Below are positions 39,142-48,862 of a stretch of 64,000 nucleotides of DNA, piece by piece. A model generated the notes under the pieces. That model saw only the letters and a list, made by a program, of their open reading frames with translations, was not told where the DNA came from and ran no database searches. Each line of letters opens with the position of its first letter. The first letter of the stretch is position 1. This stretch comes from an uncultured Actinomycetota bacterium (lineage in GTDB: Bacteria > Actinomycetota > Actinomycetes > JAHEKZ01): NCBI GenBank assembly GCA_963718235.1, contig CAVQYR010000001.1, forward strand, positions 288,001 through 352,000, given 5' to 3'. Made by a program: the position numbers and the translations under genes.

Positions 39142-41747
39142 CGTCGTGGCGCCTTCCGCCCGGCCAGGAGCTGCTCGGCCCAGCGCGCCACCTGCGCGCG
39201 GTCGATCTTGGAGTTGTGCCGGACGTCGACCGGGAGGCGGGGCGTGACCAGGACCGCCGCGACGTCGACGCCCCCGACGGCTGCGCGTACCTGGTCGGCC
39301 AGGGCCAGGGGAGCCAGTCCGGGCCGACGCGAGCGGGGCGACGTCTCCACGACGACGACCACCTGCTGGGTGCCGACCGGGCCGACGCCGACCACCGCGG
39401 CCAGGGTGACGGCATCGACCTGCTCGACCCGCTGCTCGACGCCCACCGGCGTCACGACACCGTCGGCCGTCACCACGACGTGCGCCAAACGCCCCTCGAC
39501 CCACAGCCGCCCCTGCGCATCGAGGTGCCCGACGTCGCCGGTCCGGTGCCATCCGGCGTCGCGGGCACTGGCCGTCTGGGTCGACCACAGCTGGTCGTAG
39601 TGGTCCTTCACATGGTCGGCCCGCACCACGATCTCGCCGGTGACCTCGGCCCGCATGGTCAGTCCTCCGTCGGCTGCACCCGAGGAGGACAGAGGGCTCA
39701 CCGCGACGTCGACCCCCTTCAACGGAGTCCCGACACACACGCCGGACCCGGTGCCCACGGCGTCGAGCTGGCCGAGCGTGATGTCGGCGACCGGGAGCAC
39801 CTCGGTCATCCCGTAGGGGGTGTGGGCCTCGCAGTCGCCTAGAAGGCGAGCAGCGGCCCGCAGCGTGTCCCGCGGCACGGGCGCGCCGGCCGACAGAAGA
39901 GCCCGCACTTGGGTCAGCGCGTCACGGGCGCCGGAGTCCAGCTGGTCGGCCGTGTCGACCACGTTGCGCAAGGCGGCTGGTGACCCGAAGACCACCGTGG
40001 CGTCGATCGCCTCGACTGCCTCGGCCAGCGCGGTTGCGGTCAGCGTTGCCGGTGCTGTGACGTCCATGTCGGGCACGGCGGAGGCGATTCCCAGTGCCGG
40101 ACCGTAGAGCGCGAACGGGGCGAACGCGGCGACGAGCCGGTCCTGGCCGGTGATCCCGAACAAGGTGGCGACGGCGTCGCGCTGCGCCTCGAGCTGGCGG
40201 TGCCGGTAGACCACGCCCTTGGCCGGCCCGGTGGCCCCGGAGGTGAACAGAACCGCAGCCTCAGCCTCGGCCGAAGGGGGCCGGGGCGTCGGCAGTGCCC
40301 GTCCGTCGAGCGCCACCTGCGCCAGGGTGGTGGTCGGCCGGGTGAGGGCGGACACCCGACCCGACACCGGACCGGCCGCGACCAGCTGTCCGGGGAGGCC
40401 CATGAGCCGCGCGGCGAGCAGGCCGCGTTCAACGCCGACCACGTGCTGCACATCGGCACCTTGCAGCGCCTCGCGCAGGCCCTTCAGCCCGAGCCCGGCG
40501 TCGGCGACGACGACCACGGCACCCATCTGCCAGCAGGCGTAGAGCACGGCGGTGAGGTCGGCGCCGGGCGTCACCAGGAGCGCGACCCGGTCGCCGGGCT
40601 CGACGCCGTGCTGGACGAGCCCCGAGGCGAGGTCGTGCACCCGCTGGGCGAGCTGGCGCCACGACACCGTGCGGCCCCCGGCTGACAGCTCGACGACCGC
40701 AGGGGATTCGTCGTCGGCCCGTGCGTCGAGGGCCGACCACAGTGGACGGCGAAGCGGTGCCTCGCGCGGAGGAGCGTCGACGGCGCCGGGCGTGGTGTCT
40801 GTGCTGGCCCCGTCAGCGGCGGGCTGCCGGGCGAGGGTGTCGACGAACTGCTCGATCGCCTCAGCCACGGGAGCGTCGTCGACCACCAGGTGCCCGGCGT
40901 TGGGGAACCGGTGCAGCTTCGCCTGTGGGAGTCGTCGCTGCACGTCGCGCAGGTAGCGGTCGGAGAACACCGGGTCGCGCGGACCCCACAACAGCAGGGC
41001 CGGCACCTGCGCGAGCTCGGACAGGCGCTTCTGGATCGAGGTCAGGGTGGCGAAGCTGGGGTCAGCCGGGGCCAGCGGGATGTCGTCGACGAAGTCGCCG
41101 ACCGCTTGTCGGTCGGCCGCCCTTCGGTACGGCGCGGCGTAGGCCCGCCGGACCTCGACCGGCAGCGACGGGTGGGCCAGCCGCAACGTGCCCTGGACGA
41201 AGGCCGCCGTCCGGACCGTCGAGGTGCGCAGGACTCCCGGCGTGCGAGCCGCGGCGATCAGGGCCGGCAGCCGGGCGTCGTCGGGCTGGGCCACCGCCGT
41301 GTTGGTCAGGACGACGCCGGTGAGGTCGCCGGGGTGGTCCAGGGCCCAGCCCAGCGAGATCGAGCCGCCCCAGTCGTGGCCGACGGTGACGACCGGACCG
41401 CTGACGTCGAGGGCCCGGGTCACCGCCCCGAGCTCGGCGACCCGGTCGGCCAGTCGGTGCTGCTCACCGGTCCGCTCGGAGTACCCCATGCCGAGGTGGT
41501 CCACCGCGACCACCCGCCAGCGGTCGCCTAGCCGGGCGGCCACCGACCGCCACAGGTAGGACCAGGTGGGGTTGCCGTGGACGCACAGCAGGGTGCCCAC
41601 GGGGTCGGCCGGTGCGGTGTCGAGGACGTGCCAGGTGCGCAGCCGCCCGTGGGAGTCCCTGGCGGAGACGAGGCGGGACCACGCAGGGTCGAGCCCGCAG
41701 AGCCCGGGCGGTGGCAGCGTGGCCGGTGCGGTGGGACCGACCGTCAC
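39138..41747 (-). CDS. oleBC: OleBC fusion (alpha/beta hydrolase + AMP-forming beta-lactone synthetase)
   Basis: HGNPTW and HDWGG haloalkane-dehalogenase-like motifs; FTSGATGPAKG, YGMTE, HNSKIDR. Confidence 0.88.
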   Translation of the reverse strand: MTVGPTAPATLPPPGLCGLDPAWSRLVSARDSHGRLRTWHVLDTAPADPVGTLLCVHGNPTWSYLWRSVAARLGDRWRVVAVDHLGMGYSERTGEQHRLADRVAELGAVTRALDVSGPVVTVGHDWGGSISLGWALDHPGDLTGVVLTNTAVAQPDDARLPALIAAARTPGVLRTSTVRTAAFVQGTLRLAHPSLPVEVRRAYAAPYRRAADRQAVGDFVDDIPLAPADPSFATLTSIQKRLSELAQVPALLLWGPRDPVFSDRYLRDVQRRLPQAKLHRFPNAGHLVVDDAPVAEAIEQFVDTLARQPAADGASTDTTPGAVDAPPREAPLRRPLWSALDARADDESPAVVELSAGGRTVSWRQLAQRVHDLASGLVQHGVEPGDRVALLVTPGADLTAVLYACWQMGAVVVVADAGLGLKGLREALQGADVQHVVGVERGLLAARLMGLPGQLVAAGPVSGRVSALTRPTTTLAQVALDGRALPTPRPPSAEAEAAVLFTSGATGPAKGVVYRHRQLEAQRDAVATLFGITGQDRLVAAFAPFALYGPALGIASAVPDMDVTAPATLTATALAEAVEAIDATVVFGSPAALRNVVDTADQLDSGARDALTQVRALLSAGAPVPRDTLRAAARLLGDCEAHTPYGMTEVLPVADITLGQLDAVGTGSGVCVGTPLKGVDVAVSPLSSSGAADGGLTMRAEVTGEIVVRADHVKDHYDQLWSTQTASARDAGWHRTGDVGHLDAQGRLWVEGRLAHVVVTADGVVTPVGVEQRVEQVDAVTLAAVVGVGPVGTQQVVVVVETSPRSRRPGLAPLALADQVRAAVGGVDVAAVLVTPRLPVDVRHNSKIDRAQVARWAEQLLAGRKAPRR

Positions 41748-42766
41748 CAGGTGATCTCGCAGAAGGCGGTGTTCAGCCCGGACCCGATGCCCATGCAGAG
41801 CACCCGGTCGCCGGCCCGGAGCGTGTCGACCTCACGGGCCAGGGTGAACGGCACTGACGCCGGCCCGATGTTGCCGAACTGCGGGAACGTGATCGGCACC
41901 TTGGAGGTGTCCAGGTCGAGGCGTTGGCACAGTGCCGCCGTGTGCACCTGCGACACCTGGTGCAGGACGTACCGGTCCATGTGCTGCCAGTCGTTGTCCA
42001 GCAGCGCCTCTTTCCACGCCGCCTCGGCGAGCTCGAGACCGGCGTCGAGCAGCCCCTTGGTGTCGGTGCGCATCGACTCGTTGTCGCCGATGCAGAGGGT
42101 GTGGTGCTCGGTCGCGGCCCGGGAGATCCCGCCGACCAAGCGGTGCGCCTCGGGGTGCTTGTCGAGGCGGCCGAGCACCATCGCGGCGCCGCCGGAGCCC
42201 AGGGTGAGGCTGGCGAACTCGTTCATGACGTCTTCGGTGGTGGAGTCCGGCTGGCTGAGTCGGCGCAACGTCCGTTCCTGGACCGGACGTGCGTCCTCGC
42301 CGTCGACCACGAGTGCGTAGTCGATGTGGCCGGCGTCGATCATCGACGCGGCCAGGTGCATGCCGTTGACGAAGCCCAGGCAGGCATTGGCCAGGTCGAA
42401 GTTCGTGCAGGACGTCGGCATGCCGAGGCGGTGGTGGATCTCTACGGCCGACGACGGCTCGAGGTACTCCCGTGACACCGAGGAGTTGATCATCAGGCCG
42501 ATCCGGTCCCGGTCGACCCCGGACGCGTCGATCGCGGACTCGGCGGCCTCCACGGCTCCGTCGGCGAACCGGGTTCCCTCAGCCCACCAGCGACGCTCGT
42601 AGATGCCGGCGAGTCCTTCGAGCAGACCGGCCCTCATCCCGACCCGGTCGTAGGTGGGGCCCAGGATCGCGTCGAACGACGTAGAGGTGACCACGTGGGG
42701 GGCTTCGGCGGCCGTCACCGACAAGATCGCGGTGTTCGTGTGCCGGTAGGCGGAGTTGCCGTCCAT
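41744..42766 (-). CDS. oleA: OleA acyl-CoA condensing enzyme (thiolase/FabH-like)
   Basis: YLEPS, NACLGF, HQVS, GNIGPAS, MGIGSGLN. Confidence 0.88.
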   Translation of the reverse strand: MDGNSAYRHTNTAILSVTAAEAPHVVTSTSFDAILGPTYDRVGMRAGLLEGLAGIYERRWWAEGTRFADGAVEAAESAIDASGVDRDRIGLMINSSVSREYLEPSSAVEIHHRLGMPTSCTNFDLANACLGFVNGMHLAASMIDAGHIDYALVVDGEDARPVQERTLRRLSQPDSTTEDVMNEFASLTLGSGGAAMVLGRLDKHPEAHRLVGGISRAATEHHTLCIGDNESMRTDTKGLLDAGLELAEAAWKEALLDNDWQHMDRYVLHQVSQVHTAALCQRLDLDTSKVPITFPQFGNIGPASVPFTLAREVDTLRAGDRVLCMGIGSGLNTAFCEITW

Positions 42767-42854
42767 CGGTTCCTCTCGGGCTGATAACCGCAAGAGTGTC
42801 GCACGCGCCCCGGCCGCCCACCCAACTCCGGCCCGGCATGGGTCTACCCGGGAT

Positions 42855-44327
42855 CTACAGCGAGACGACGACGCCGACCCCGCCCCGGCGTGGGTCGCCA
42901 TGGGCGCTGACCGCCCCGGCGCCGTCGAGCCCGACGGCCTGCGCCCCCCCGAAGTACAGGTCGCGCCGGGTCCACTGGTTGGTCGGCCGCCACTCGGCCA
43001 TGGCCGCCACGGCGTCCGGCGTCCAACCGGGTTCGACCTGGACCCGCTGTCCGTCCCAGTGCACCCGGGGCGCCTCGATCGCCGGCTCGACCCCGACGCC
43101 CTGGTCGACGAGGTGGACGATGACCTGGAGGAGCGCGCTGCGGATCCGTTCGCTGCCGCCGCTGCCCAGCGCGATCACGGTCCCGTCCGCGCGGTCGACG
43201 ATGCTGGGCGCCATCATCGACCCGATCCGGGTGCCCGGAGGGACCGAGTGGAACCCGGCCGGGTGCAGGTCGTCCTCGCCCATCACGTTGTTGAGCTGGA
43301 CACCGGTTCCCGGTGCGAAGACTCCCGAGCACGAGCCGTTGGACGTCGTCATCGAGACCATGAGCCCGTCGGCGTCGACCACGCTCACGTGGGTGGTGCC
43401 CCGTCGCGCCTGAGGGACTGCGGCCGCGGCCTGGCGCTTGTGCCGTTCGGTCGCGCCGGCGAGCGCCTCGAGCAGTCGTCGCACGTCCGGCGGCGACCCG
43501 GTGGAGGGACTCTCGGCGGCGAGCACCTCCAGCGCGGCGGTGAGGATCGCCCCGCCCGATGAGGGCAGGGGGTTCGTCGCCACGCGCGCGCCCCGGTACT
43601 GCAGGACCAGTGGCTCGCGGACGATCGGTGCATAGGCGTCGAGGTCGGTCTTGGTCAGCAGGCCGTGGTGCTCGGTCATCGCGTCGACCAGCGGACCGGC
43701 CACCTGGTCGGACGCGAAGCCGTCCACGGCCCCGCACCCCACCTCGCTCAGGAAGTCGCCGAGAGCGTGGTTGGAGAGGGTGTCCCCGGCGCGAACCAGT
43801 GCACCGTCGGGGGCGAACAGCCGACGACCCGTCTCGGTCAGCGTGACGATTCCGGACAGGAGCCCGAGGACGGCAGCCTGCTTGCCCGACAGCTCGACCC
43901 CCTGGTGCGCATAGGCGACTGCTGGCGACACGACGTCGGCCAGCGCCAGGCGCCCGAACGCCCGGTGCGCAGCCAGGTAGCCGGCCAGACAGCCGGGGAC
44001 GGCCACCGACCCCCAGCCCGCGTGGAACACCTGCTCGGCGCCGGCGAACTCGACCACGACCGGGGTGAAGTGGGGGGTCCGCTCGTCGGCGGGCAGCCCT
44101 CGGCCGGGCGCGTCGACGAAGAAGTCCAGCAGCTGCTCACGCCCGTCGGGAGTGCGCACGAGCAAGAATCCGCCTCCGCCGAGGCTGGTCATGCCGGGCT
44201 CGGCGACCGAACCGGCGAAGCCGGCCGCGAGGGCTGCGTCGACGGCGTTGCCGGCCCGTCGCAGCACGTCCACCGCGGCCGCCGCGCTGGCTTCGCTGCC
44301 TGCGGCCACTGCCGCCCGCCGGGCCAT
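42855..44327 (-). CDS. ggt: Gamma-glutamyltransferase family protein
   Basis: GNAVDAA, SLGGGGF, TTHVSVVDADG, SMMAP, GSGGS. Confidence 0.88.
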   Translation of the reverse strand: MARRAAVAAGSEASAAAAVDVLRRAGNAVDAALAAGFAGSVAEPGMTSLGGGGFLLVRTPDGREQLLDFFVDAPGRGLPADERTPHFTPVVVEFAGAEQVFHAGWGSVAVPGCLAGYLAAHRAFGRLALADVVSPAVAYAHQGVELSGKQAAVLGLLSGIVTLTETGRRLFAPDGALVRAGDTLSNHALGDFLSEVGCGAVDGFASDQVAGPLVDAMTEHHGLLTKTDLDAYAPIVREPLVLQYRGARVATNPLPSSGGAILTAALEVLAAESPSTGSPPDVRRLLEALAGATERHKRQAAAAVPQARRGTTHVSVVDADGLMVSMTTSNGSCSGVFAPGTGVQLNNVMGEDDLHPAGFHSVPPGTRIGSMMAPSIVDRADGTVIALGSGGSERIRSALLQVIVHLVDQGVGVEPAIEAPRVHWDGQRVQVEPGWTPDAVAAMAEWRPTNQWTRRDLYFGGAQAVGLDGAGAVSAHGDPRRGGVGVVVSL

Positions 44328-44349
44328 GGGCGGTCAGGGTACGCGCGGG

Positions 44350-45480
44350 TCAGCCGGCGTGGCCGGGGCCGGGGCCAGGCGACTGGGTCGACGACTGGGC
44401 CGACGGTTGGGCCGACGGTTGGGCGCTGCGCACGGCGATGACCCGGTCCCCTGACCTCAAGGGGCCCAGCGCGTCGTCGTCGTAGCGGCGTACGTGGTCG
44501 TCGCGGACGACGGCCAGGATCCGCTCGTTGAGCTCGGACACCACCCGTCCGATCTCCTCGCGGGAGACCGGTCGGTCGATGACATCCAGGCCGCTGCCGG
44601 TGCGCAACAGGTCCTCGACGACCTGGCCGACTGCGGGCTTCTCCGCCGCCATGCCCAGCATGCGTCCGGCCGCCTCGGAGGACGTGATGACCGCGTCGGC
44701 CCCGCTCTGCTCCAGCAGCGGGACGTTCTCCGACTCCCGGGCCGACACGACGATCTGCGCCGTTCGGTTCAGGCGACGGGCACTCAGCGTCACGAGTACC
44801 GCGGTGGCGTCGTCGTCCGACGCGACGACGACCGCTGCGGCCCGGCCGACCCTGGCCTGCTCGAGCACCTCGTTGCGTGTGGCGTCGCCGAGCACCGCTG
44901 CGTAGCCGAGCTGGTTGGCTTCCTCGACCGAGGTTGGGCTGGCGTCGATCACGACGATCTTCTCCGGAGTGACCCCGTGTTCGCGAAGCTCGCGGGCCGC
45001 AGCCCGGCCCTTCACGCCGTACCCGACGATGACGGTGTGCGCGATCAAGGTCTGCCTCCATTTGCTCACGCGGTACTCGCGTCGGCTGCGTTCGGTCAGG
45101 ACCTCCAGCGTGGTTCCGACGAGTGCCACGAGGAACACGATCCGCAAGGGCGTGATGACCAGGATGTTGAACAGCCGTGCGGCGTCGCTCTCCGGTGTGA
45201 TGTCGCCGTAGCCGGTCGTGGTGAGGCTGACCGTGGAGTAGTACACCGCGTCGAGCAGGCTGAGCCCGTCTCCGTTCGCGTCGCGGTAGCCGTCGCCGTC
45301 GAGCCAGACCAGGACGCTGACGACGACCGTGATGAGCAAGGCGATCACCACGCGCCGGCTGACCTGTCGCAGGGGGCTGGCCGGGGCCTCGGGCAGCTGA
45401 ACCACTCCGACGGCGTCGAGGTCGGGGCGCGAAGACGCGCCCCCGATGCTCGTCGGGCGCCTCAGGCTGCTGGGGATCAC
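44350..45480 (-). CDS. Potassium channel with RCK/TrkA-N domain (start uncertain)
   Basis: TTTGYGD selectivity filter, VGYGVKG RCK motif. Confidence 0.92.
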   Translation of the reverse strand: MIPSSLRRPTSIGGASSRPDLDAVGVVQLPEAPASPLRQVSRRVVIALLITVVVSVLVWLDGDGYRDANGDGLSLLDAVYYSTVSLTTTGYGDITPESDAARLFNILVITPLRIVFLVALVGTTLEVLTERSRREYRVSKWRQTLIAHTVIVGYGVKGRAAARELREHGVTPEKIVVIDASPTSVEEANQLGYAAVLGDATRNEVLEQARVGRAAAVVVASDDDATAVLVTLSARRLNRTAQIVVSARESENVPLLEQSGADAVITSSEAAGRMLGMAAEKPAVGQVVEDLLRTGSGLDVIDRPVSREEIGRVVSELNERILAVVRDDHVRRYDDDALGPLRSGDRVIAVRSAQPSAQPSAQSSTQSPGPGPGHAG

Positions 45481-45646
45481 GAATGACGAGCCTAATCGGG
45501 GGCGCCGGGACCAGCCGCCCACGCATCCGGACTAACCCGTTTGGGTCAAGTTCACGCCCGGGGGTGCCGATTCCAGGGGAGGTCCGGCGTGGGGTCCGGC
45601 CACACAACCGGGTGCGAGCCCGGGGGGTTCGCGACGAAGGGCTGGG

Positions 45647-47173
45647 ATGGACAACCCGCAGCCGTTGGCACGCACGGGCGCGGTGGCCGCTTGGGTCAAC
45701 GCCGGTCTCGGGCTGGGCCTGACGCTGCTCTACATCGTCACCGAGCCGGGCATCCCGGTGGCTCCCCTGCCCGCCCTCGTCTGGTGCGCCCTGGGTTTCG
45801 GGTTCGCAGCCTTGGTCACCGGGCTGTTCGTCCATGCCCGGCGGGCCGACCTCCAGTTCGTCGAGCGCCGGGTCCCGCTGGTCCTGATCTCCGCCCAGAT
45901 GGTCTGGGTGGCGGGTCTGGTGGCCCTGTCCGGGGGGATGCAGAGCCTCACCTGGGTGCTGATGGTCACGGTCGCGGTGTTCGTGGTCGACACCGTGGAG
46001 CGCGCGGGGCTGGTCACGTTCACCGTGCTTGCCGACGGCCTCCTCATCGCGTCCGCGGCAGCGGCCGGCACCCTGAACCTGCAGACCCTGCCCGCCCTGG
46101 TGGCGGCCTGCGCCGTCCTGCCACTTGCCGTGTCGTTCGACGAGATGCTCAAAGGTCGGATCACCCAGGACCACCACGACCGCCTCGAGAAGCGGGTCGA
46201 GGAGCTGTCGGTCTCCCTCGGCCAGGCCGCCGAGGGAGACCTCGCCGTCCACATCCCGACGCCGGACGACGACACTGCACTGCGCTCCCTGGCGATCAAC
46301 ATCGACGAGACACTCGTCTCCCTTCGGATGCTGGTCGACCGGGTGCGAGACGGCGGTGAGCGGATCTCCGACAGCGCTGCTCACCTGCTGAACGCCGCGC
46401 AGGAGCAGGCGGCGGCGTCGACCAAGCAGTCCGGGGCCGTGGTGGAGTCCACGAGCACCCTGGAGCAGCTGGCCCAGATGGCCGAGACGATCGCGGCCAG
46501 CAGCTCGGAGGTCGTCGAGCATGCGGCCCTGACCTACCGGTTCGCCGAAGAGGGTCAGGAGGCGGTCACGAACGCCGTGTCGGCCATCGACGCCATCGCG
46601 ACCCGGTCGCGGCTGGTCGCCGAACGCACCGCGGCACTGGCCGACAAGTCCGGCGAGATCGGACGGATCCTGGAGGTGATCGACGACCTGGGCAGCCAGA
46701 CGAACCTGCTGGCCCTGAACGCGGCGATCGAGGCCGCCAGAGCGGGCGAGCACGGTCGTGGCTTCGCCGTGGTGGCGGCAGAGGTCCGCAAGCTGGCCGA
46801 ACGGGCCCAGGCATCGACCAAGCAGATCCAGGGCATCGTCTCGGAGATCCAGGCCGAGATGCGGGCGACGACCGCGGCCACCGCCGAAGGGGCCGAAGAG
46901 GTCCTCAACGGAGTGGCCCTGGCCCGTGACGTGGTCACCGTGCTCGAGCGGATCTCCGACATGGCCGACGAGACGACAACCGCTGCGCGGGAGATCTCCA
47001 ACGCCAGCCAGCAGCAGCGCACAGCCTCCTCGGAGGTCGTGTCCGCGATGAGTGAGGTCTCGGCGGTCAGCGAGGCCGCCGCTGCCGGGTCACGGGAGGC
47101 GGCGGCGGCCGCAGCGACGATGACCGGCCTGGCAAACGATCTTCGGGACTCCATTTCCCGCTTCCAGGTCTGA
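45647..47173 (+). CDS. Methyl-accepting chemotaxis protein
   Basis: QTNLLALNAAIEAARAGEHGRGFAVVAAEVRKLA hairpin tip; multi-TM N-terminus. Confidence 0.95.
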   Translation: MDNPQPLARTGAVAAWVNAGLGLGLTLLYIVTEPGIPVAPLPALVWCALGFGFAALVTGLFVHARRADLQFVERRVPLVLISAQMVWVAGLVALSGGMQSLTWVLMVTVAVFVVDTVERAGLVTFTVLADGLLIASAAAAGTLNLQTLPALVAACAVLPLAVSFDEMLKGRITQDHHDRLEKRVEELSVSLGQAAEGDLAVHIPTPDDDTALRSLAINIDETLVSLRMLVDRVRDGGERISDSAAHLLNAAQEQAAASTKQSGAVVESTSTLEQLAQMAETIAASSSEVVEHAALTYRFAEEGQEAVTNAVSAIDAIATRSRLVAERTAALADKSGEIGRILEVIDDLGSQTNLLALNAAIEAARAGEHGRGFAVVAAEVRKLAERAQASTKQIQGIVSEIQAEMRATTAATAEGAEEVLNGVALARDVVTVLERISDMADETTTAAREISNASQQQRTASSEVVSAMSEVSAVSEAAAAGSREAAAAAATMTGLANDLRDSISRFQV

Positions 47174-47189
47174 GCGGTTCAATGGCCGG

Positions 47190-47459
47190 GTGAGCCGAAC
47201 CCGACGCATCGTCCTCGCCGTCCTGGCCGTGCTCTTCTTCGCGCTGGCCGCCGCCACCCTCGTCGCCGGAGGGCCTTGGTACATCCCCTTGGGCTGGGTG
47301 GTCTGCGGCGTCGTGCTCCTGCTCGTCGTCCGCAAGACCGGGGGCCTTCGTTCCGGCCGACCCGGCCCGTCCGACTCCGGCAACGACCCGGCCAAGCGGG
47401 CCCGCCGATCGGGCAACCCGGCGATCCGAGCGGGTGTGGAGCCGCCGAAGCAACCGTGA
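47190..47459 (+). CDS. Small 2-TM hypothetical protein
   Basis: Two hydrophobic helices; stop overlaps the chrA GTG (GTGA). Confidence 0.6.
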   Translation: MSRTRRIVLAVLAVLFFALAAATLVAGGPWYIPLGWVVCGVVLLLVVRKTGGLRSGRPGPSDSGNDPAKRARRSGNPAIRAGVEPPKQP

Positions 47460-48778
47460 CCGCCGGCGGGCTCGGCGAGTCAGCTCGCACCTGGGGCTAT
47501 GTCGGTATCAACAGCTTCGGGGGGCCGGCGGGACAGATCGCGGTCCTCCACCGGGTCGTGGTCGACGAGAAGCAGTGGGTCGACGAGAAGCGGTTCCTGC
47601 ACGCGCTGAACTTCTGCATGCTGCTGCCTGGTCCGGAGGCCATGCAGCTGGCCACGTATCTGGGGTGGCTGCGCAACGGGATCCGCGGCGGCCTGATGGC
47701 CGGAGGCTTCTTCGTCCTCCCAGGTGCCGTGGTCATGCTCGCGCTGGCTGCGGGGTACGTCGTGTTCGGCGACGTGTCGTGGGTCTCCGGGCTGCTGTTC
47801 GGCGTCCAGGCTGCGGTGATCGCCATCGTCGCCCAGGCCGTGGTGCGCATCGGTGGGCGCGCCCTGAGGACCCCGGCCAGCGTTGCGATCGCGGTCGGCT
47901 CCTTTCTCGCGATCTTCGCGTTCGGCCTCCCTTTCCCGGTGGTGGTGGTCGCGGCCCTCCTGCTGGGGTGGGTGATCGCGAAGACGGCGCCAGATTCCCT
48001 GAACGTGCAGGTGGCGCACGACGAGTCGCACGACGTCGTGGGTACGCATCGGGCCCGGCGCACGCACCTCGTCGCCTCCGCGGTGTTCGTGGTGTGGCTT
48101 GGCTCGATCGTGACGTTGGTACTCACCCTCGGTCGCGACAGCGTCTTCGCCCAGGAGGCGGTCGTCTTCGCCCAGGCGGCGATCTTCAGCTTCGGTGGCG
48201 CCTACGCGGTGCTGGGCTACGTCACCTACCAAGCGGTCCAGAACTACGGTTGGGTCACCACCGAGGACATGGTCACCGGCCTCGGACTCGCCGAGACCAC
48301 ACCTGGACCGCTGATCCTGGTCTGCCAGTTCGTCGGCTTCGTCGCGGCCTACGAGGCGGCGCCGGCCGGGATGGCGCCCCTCCTCGCCGGAACGCTCGGT
48401 GCCGTCGTCACGTTGTGGGTCCTGTTCCTGCCGTCGTTCTTCCTGGTCTTCGCCGGCGCGCCGTACGTCGAGCGGCTGAGGCACAACGTCCGGATCGCGG
48501 GGGCGCTGGCTGCAGTGACGGCGGCGGTCGTGGGCGTCATCGCCGACCTCGGGCTGTGGTTCGCGCTCAACGTGCTGTTCGGCTCGGTCGGGGAGCAGAC
48601 GTCCGGGGTCTTCGCCGTCGCCTGGCCTCAGTGGGACACCTTCGACCCATGGGCGGCCGCCCTTGCCGCGTTGGCGGGCGTCCTGGTCTTCTGGCGCCGG
48701 CTGGGGATCCTGCAGGTGATCGGGGTGTCTGCCGCGCTCGGCCTGCTGCTCGCCGTGGCCGGGGTCCACCAAGCCTGA
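47456..48778 (+). CDS. chrA: Chromate efflux transporter (long-chain CHR)
   Basis: SFGGPAGQ, LLPGPEA.QL, SFGGAYAVL, ETTPGP. Confidence 0.93.
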   Translation: MTAGGLGESARTWGYVGINSFGGPAGQIAVLHRVVVDEKQWVDEKRFLHALNFCMLLPGPEAMQLATYLGWLRNGIRGGLMAGGFFVLPGAVVMLALAAGYVVFGDVSWVSGLLFGVQAAVIAIVAQAVVRIGGRALRTPASVAIAVGSFLAIFAFGLPFPVVVVAALLLGWVIAKTAPDSLNVQVAHDESHDVVGTHRARRTHLVASAVFVVWLGSIVTLVLTLGRDSVFAQEAVVFAQAAIFSFGGAYAVLGYVTYQAVQNYGWVTTEDMVTGLGLAETTPGPLILVCQFVGFVAAYEAAPAGMAPLLAGTLGAVVTLWVLFLPSFFLVFAGAPYVERLRHNVRIAGALAAVTAAVVGVIADLGLWFALNVLFGSVGEQTSGVFAVAWPQWDTFDPWAAALAALAGVLVFWRRLGILQVIGVSAALGLLLAVAGVHQA

Positions 48779-48862
48779 GCGACACGGGGGTGCGGGGCCG
48801 GGCCGGTACCGACTTGGTCAAGGGGGTGACGGGTCGAGAGGTTCGTTCCTACCCTTGCTCTC

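Noticed and set aside
36709-39600. 963-aa + strand ORF and similar long antisense ORFs (17162-19600, 23656-25665, 31945-34461, 44189-46753, 48818-51139)
   Set aside because: Shadow frames of real genes in high-GC DNA, with no recognisable motifs
44381-44425. 12-bp repeats as a regulatory array
   Set aside because: They encode a low-complexity AQPS tail of the K+ channel
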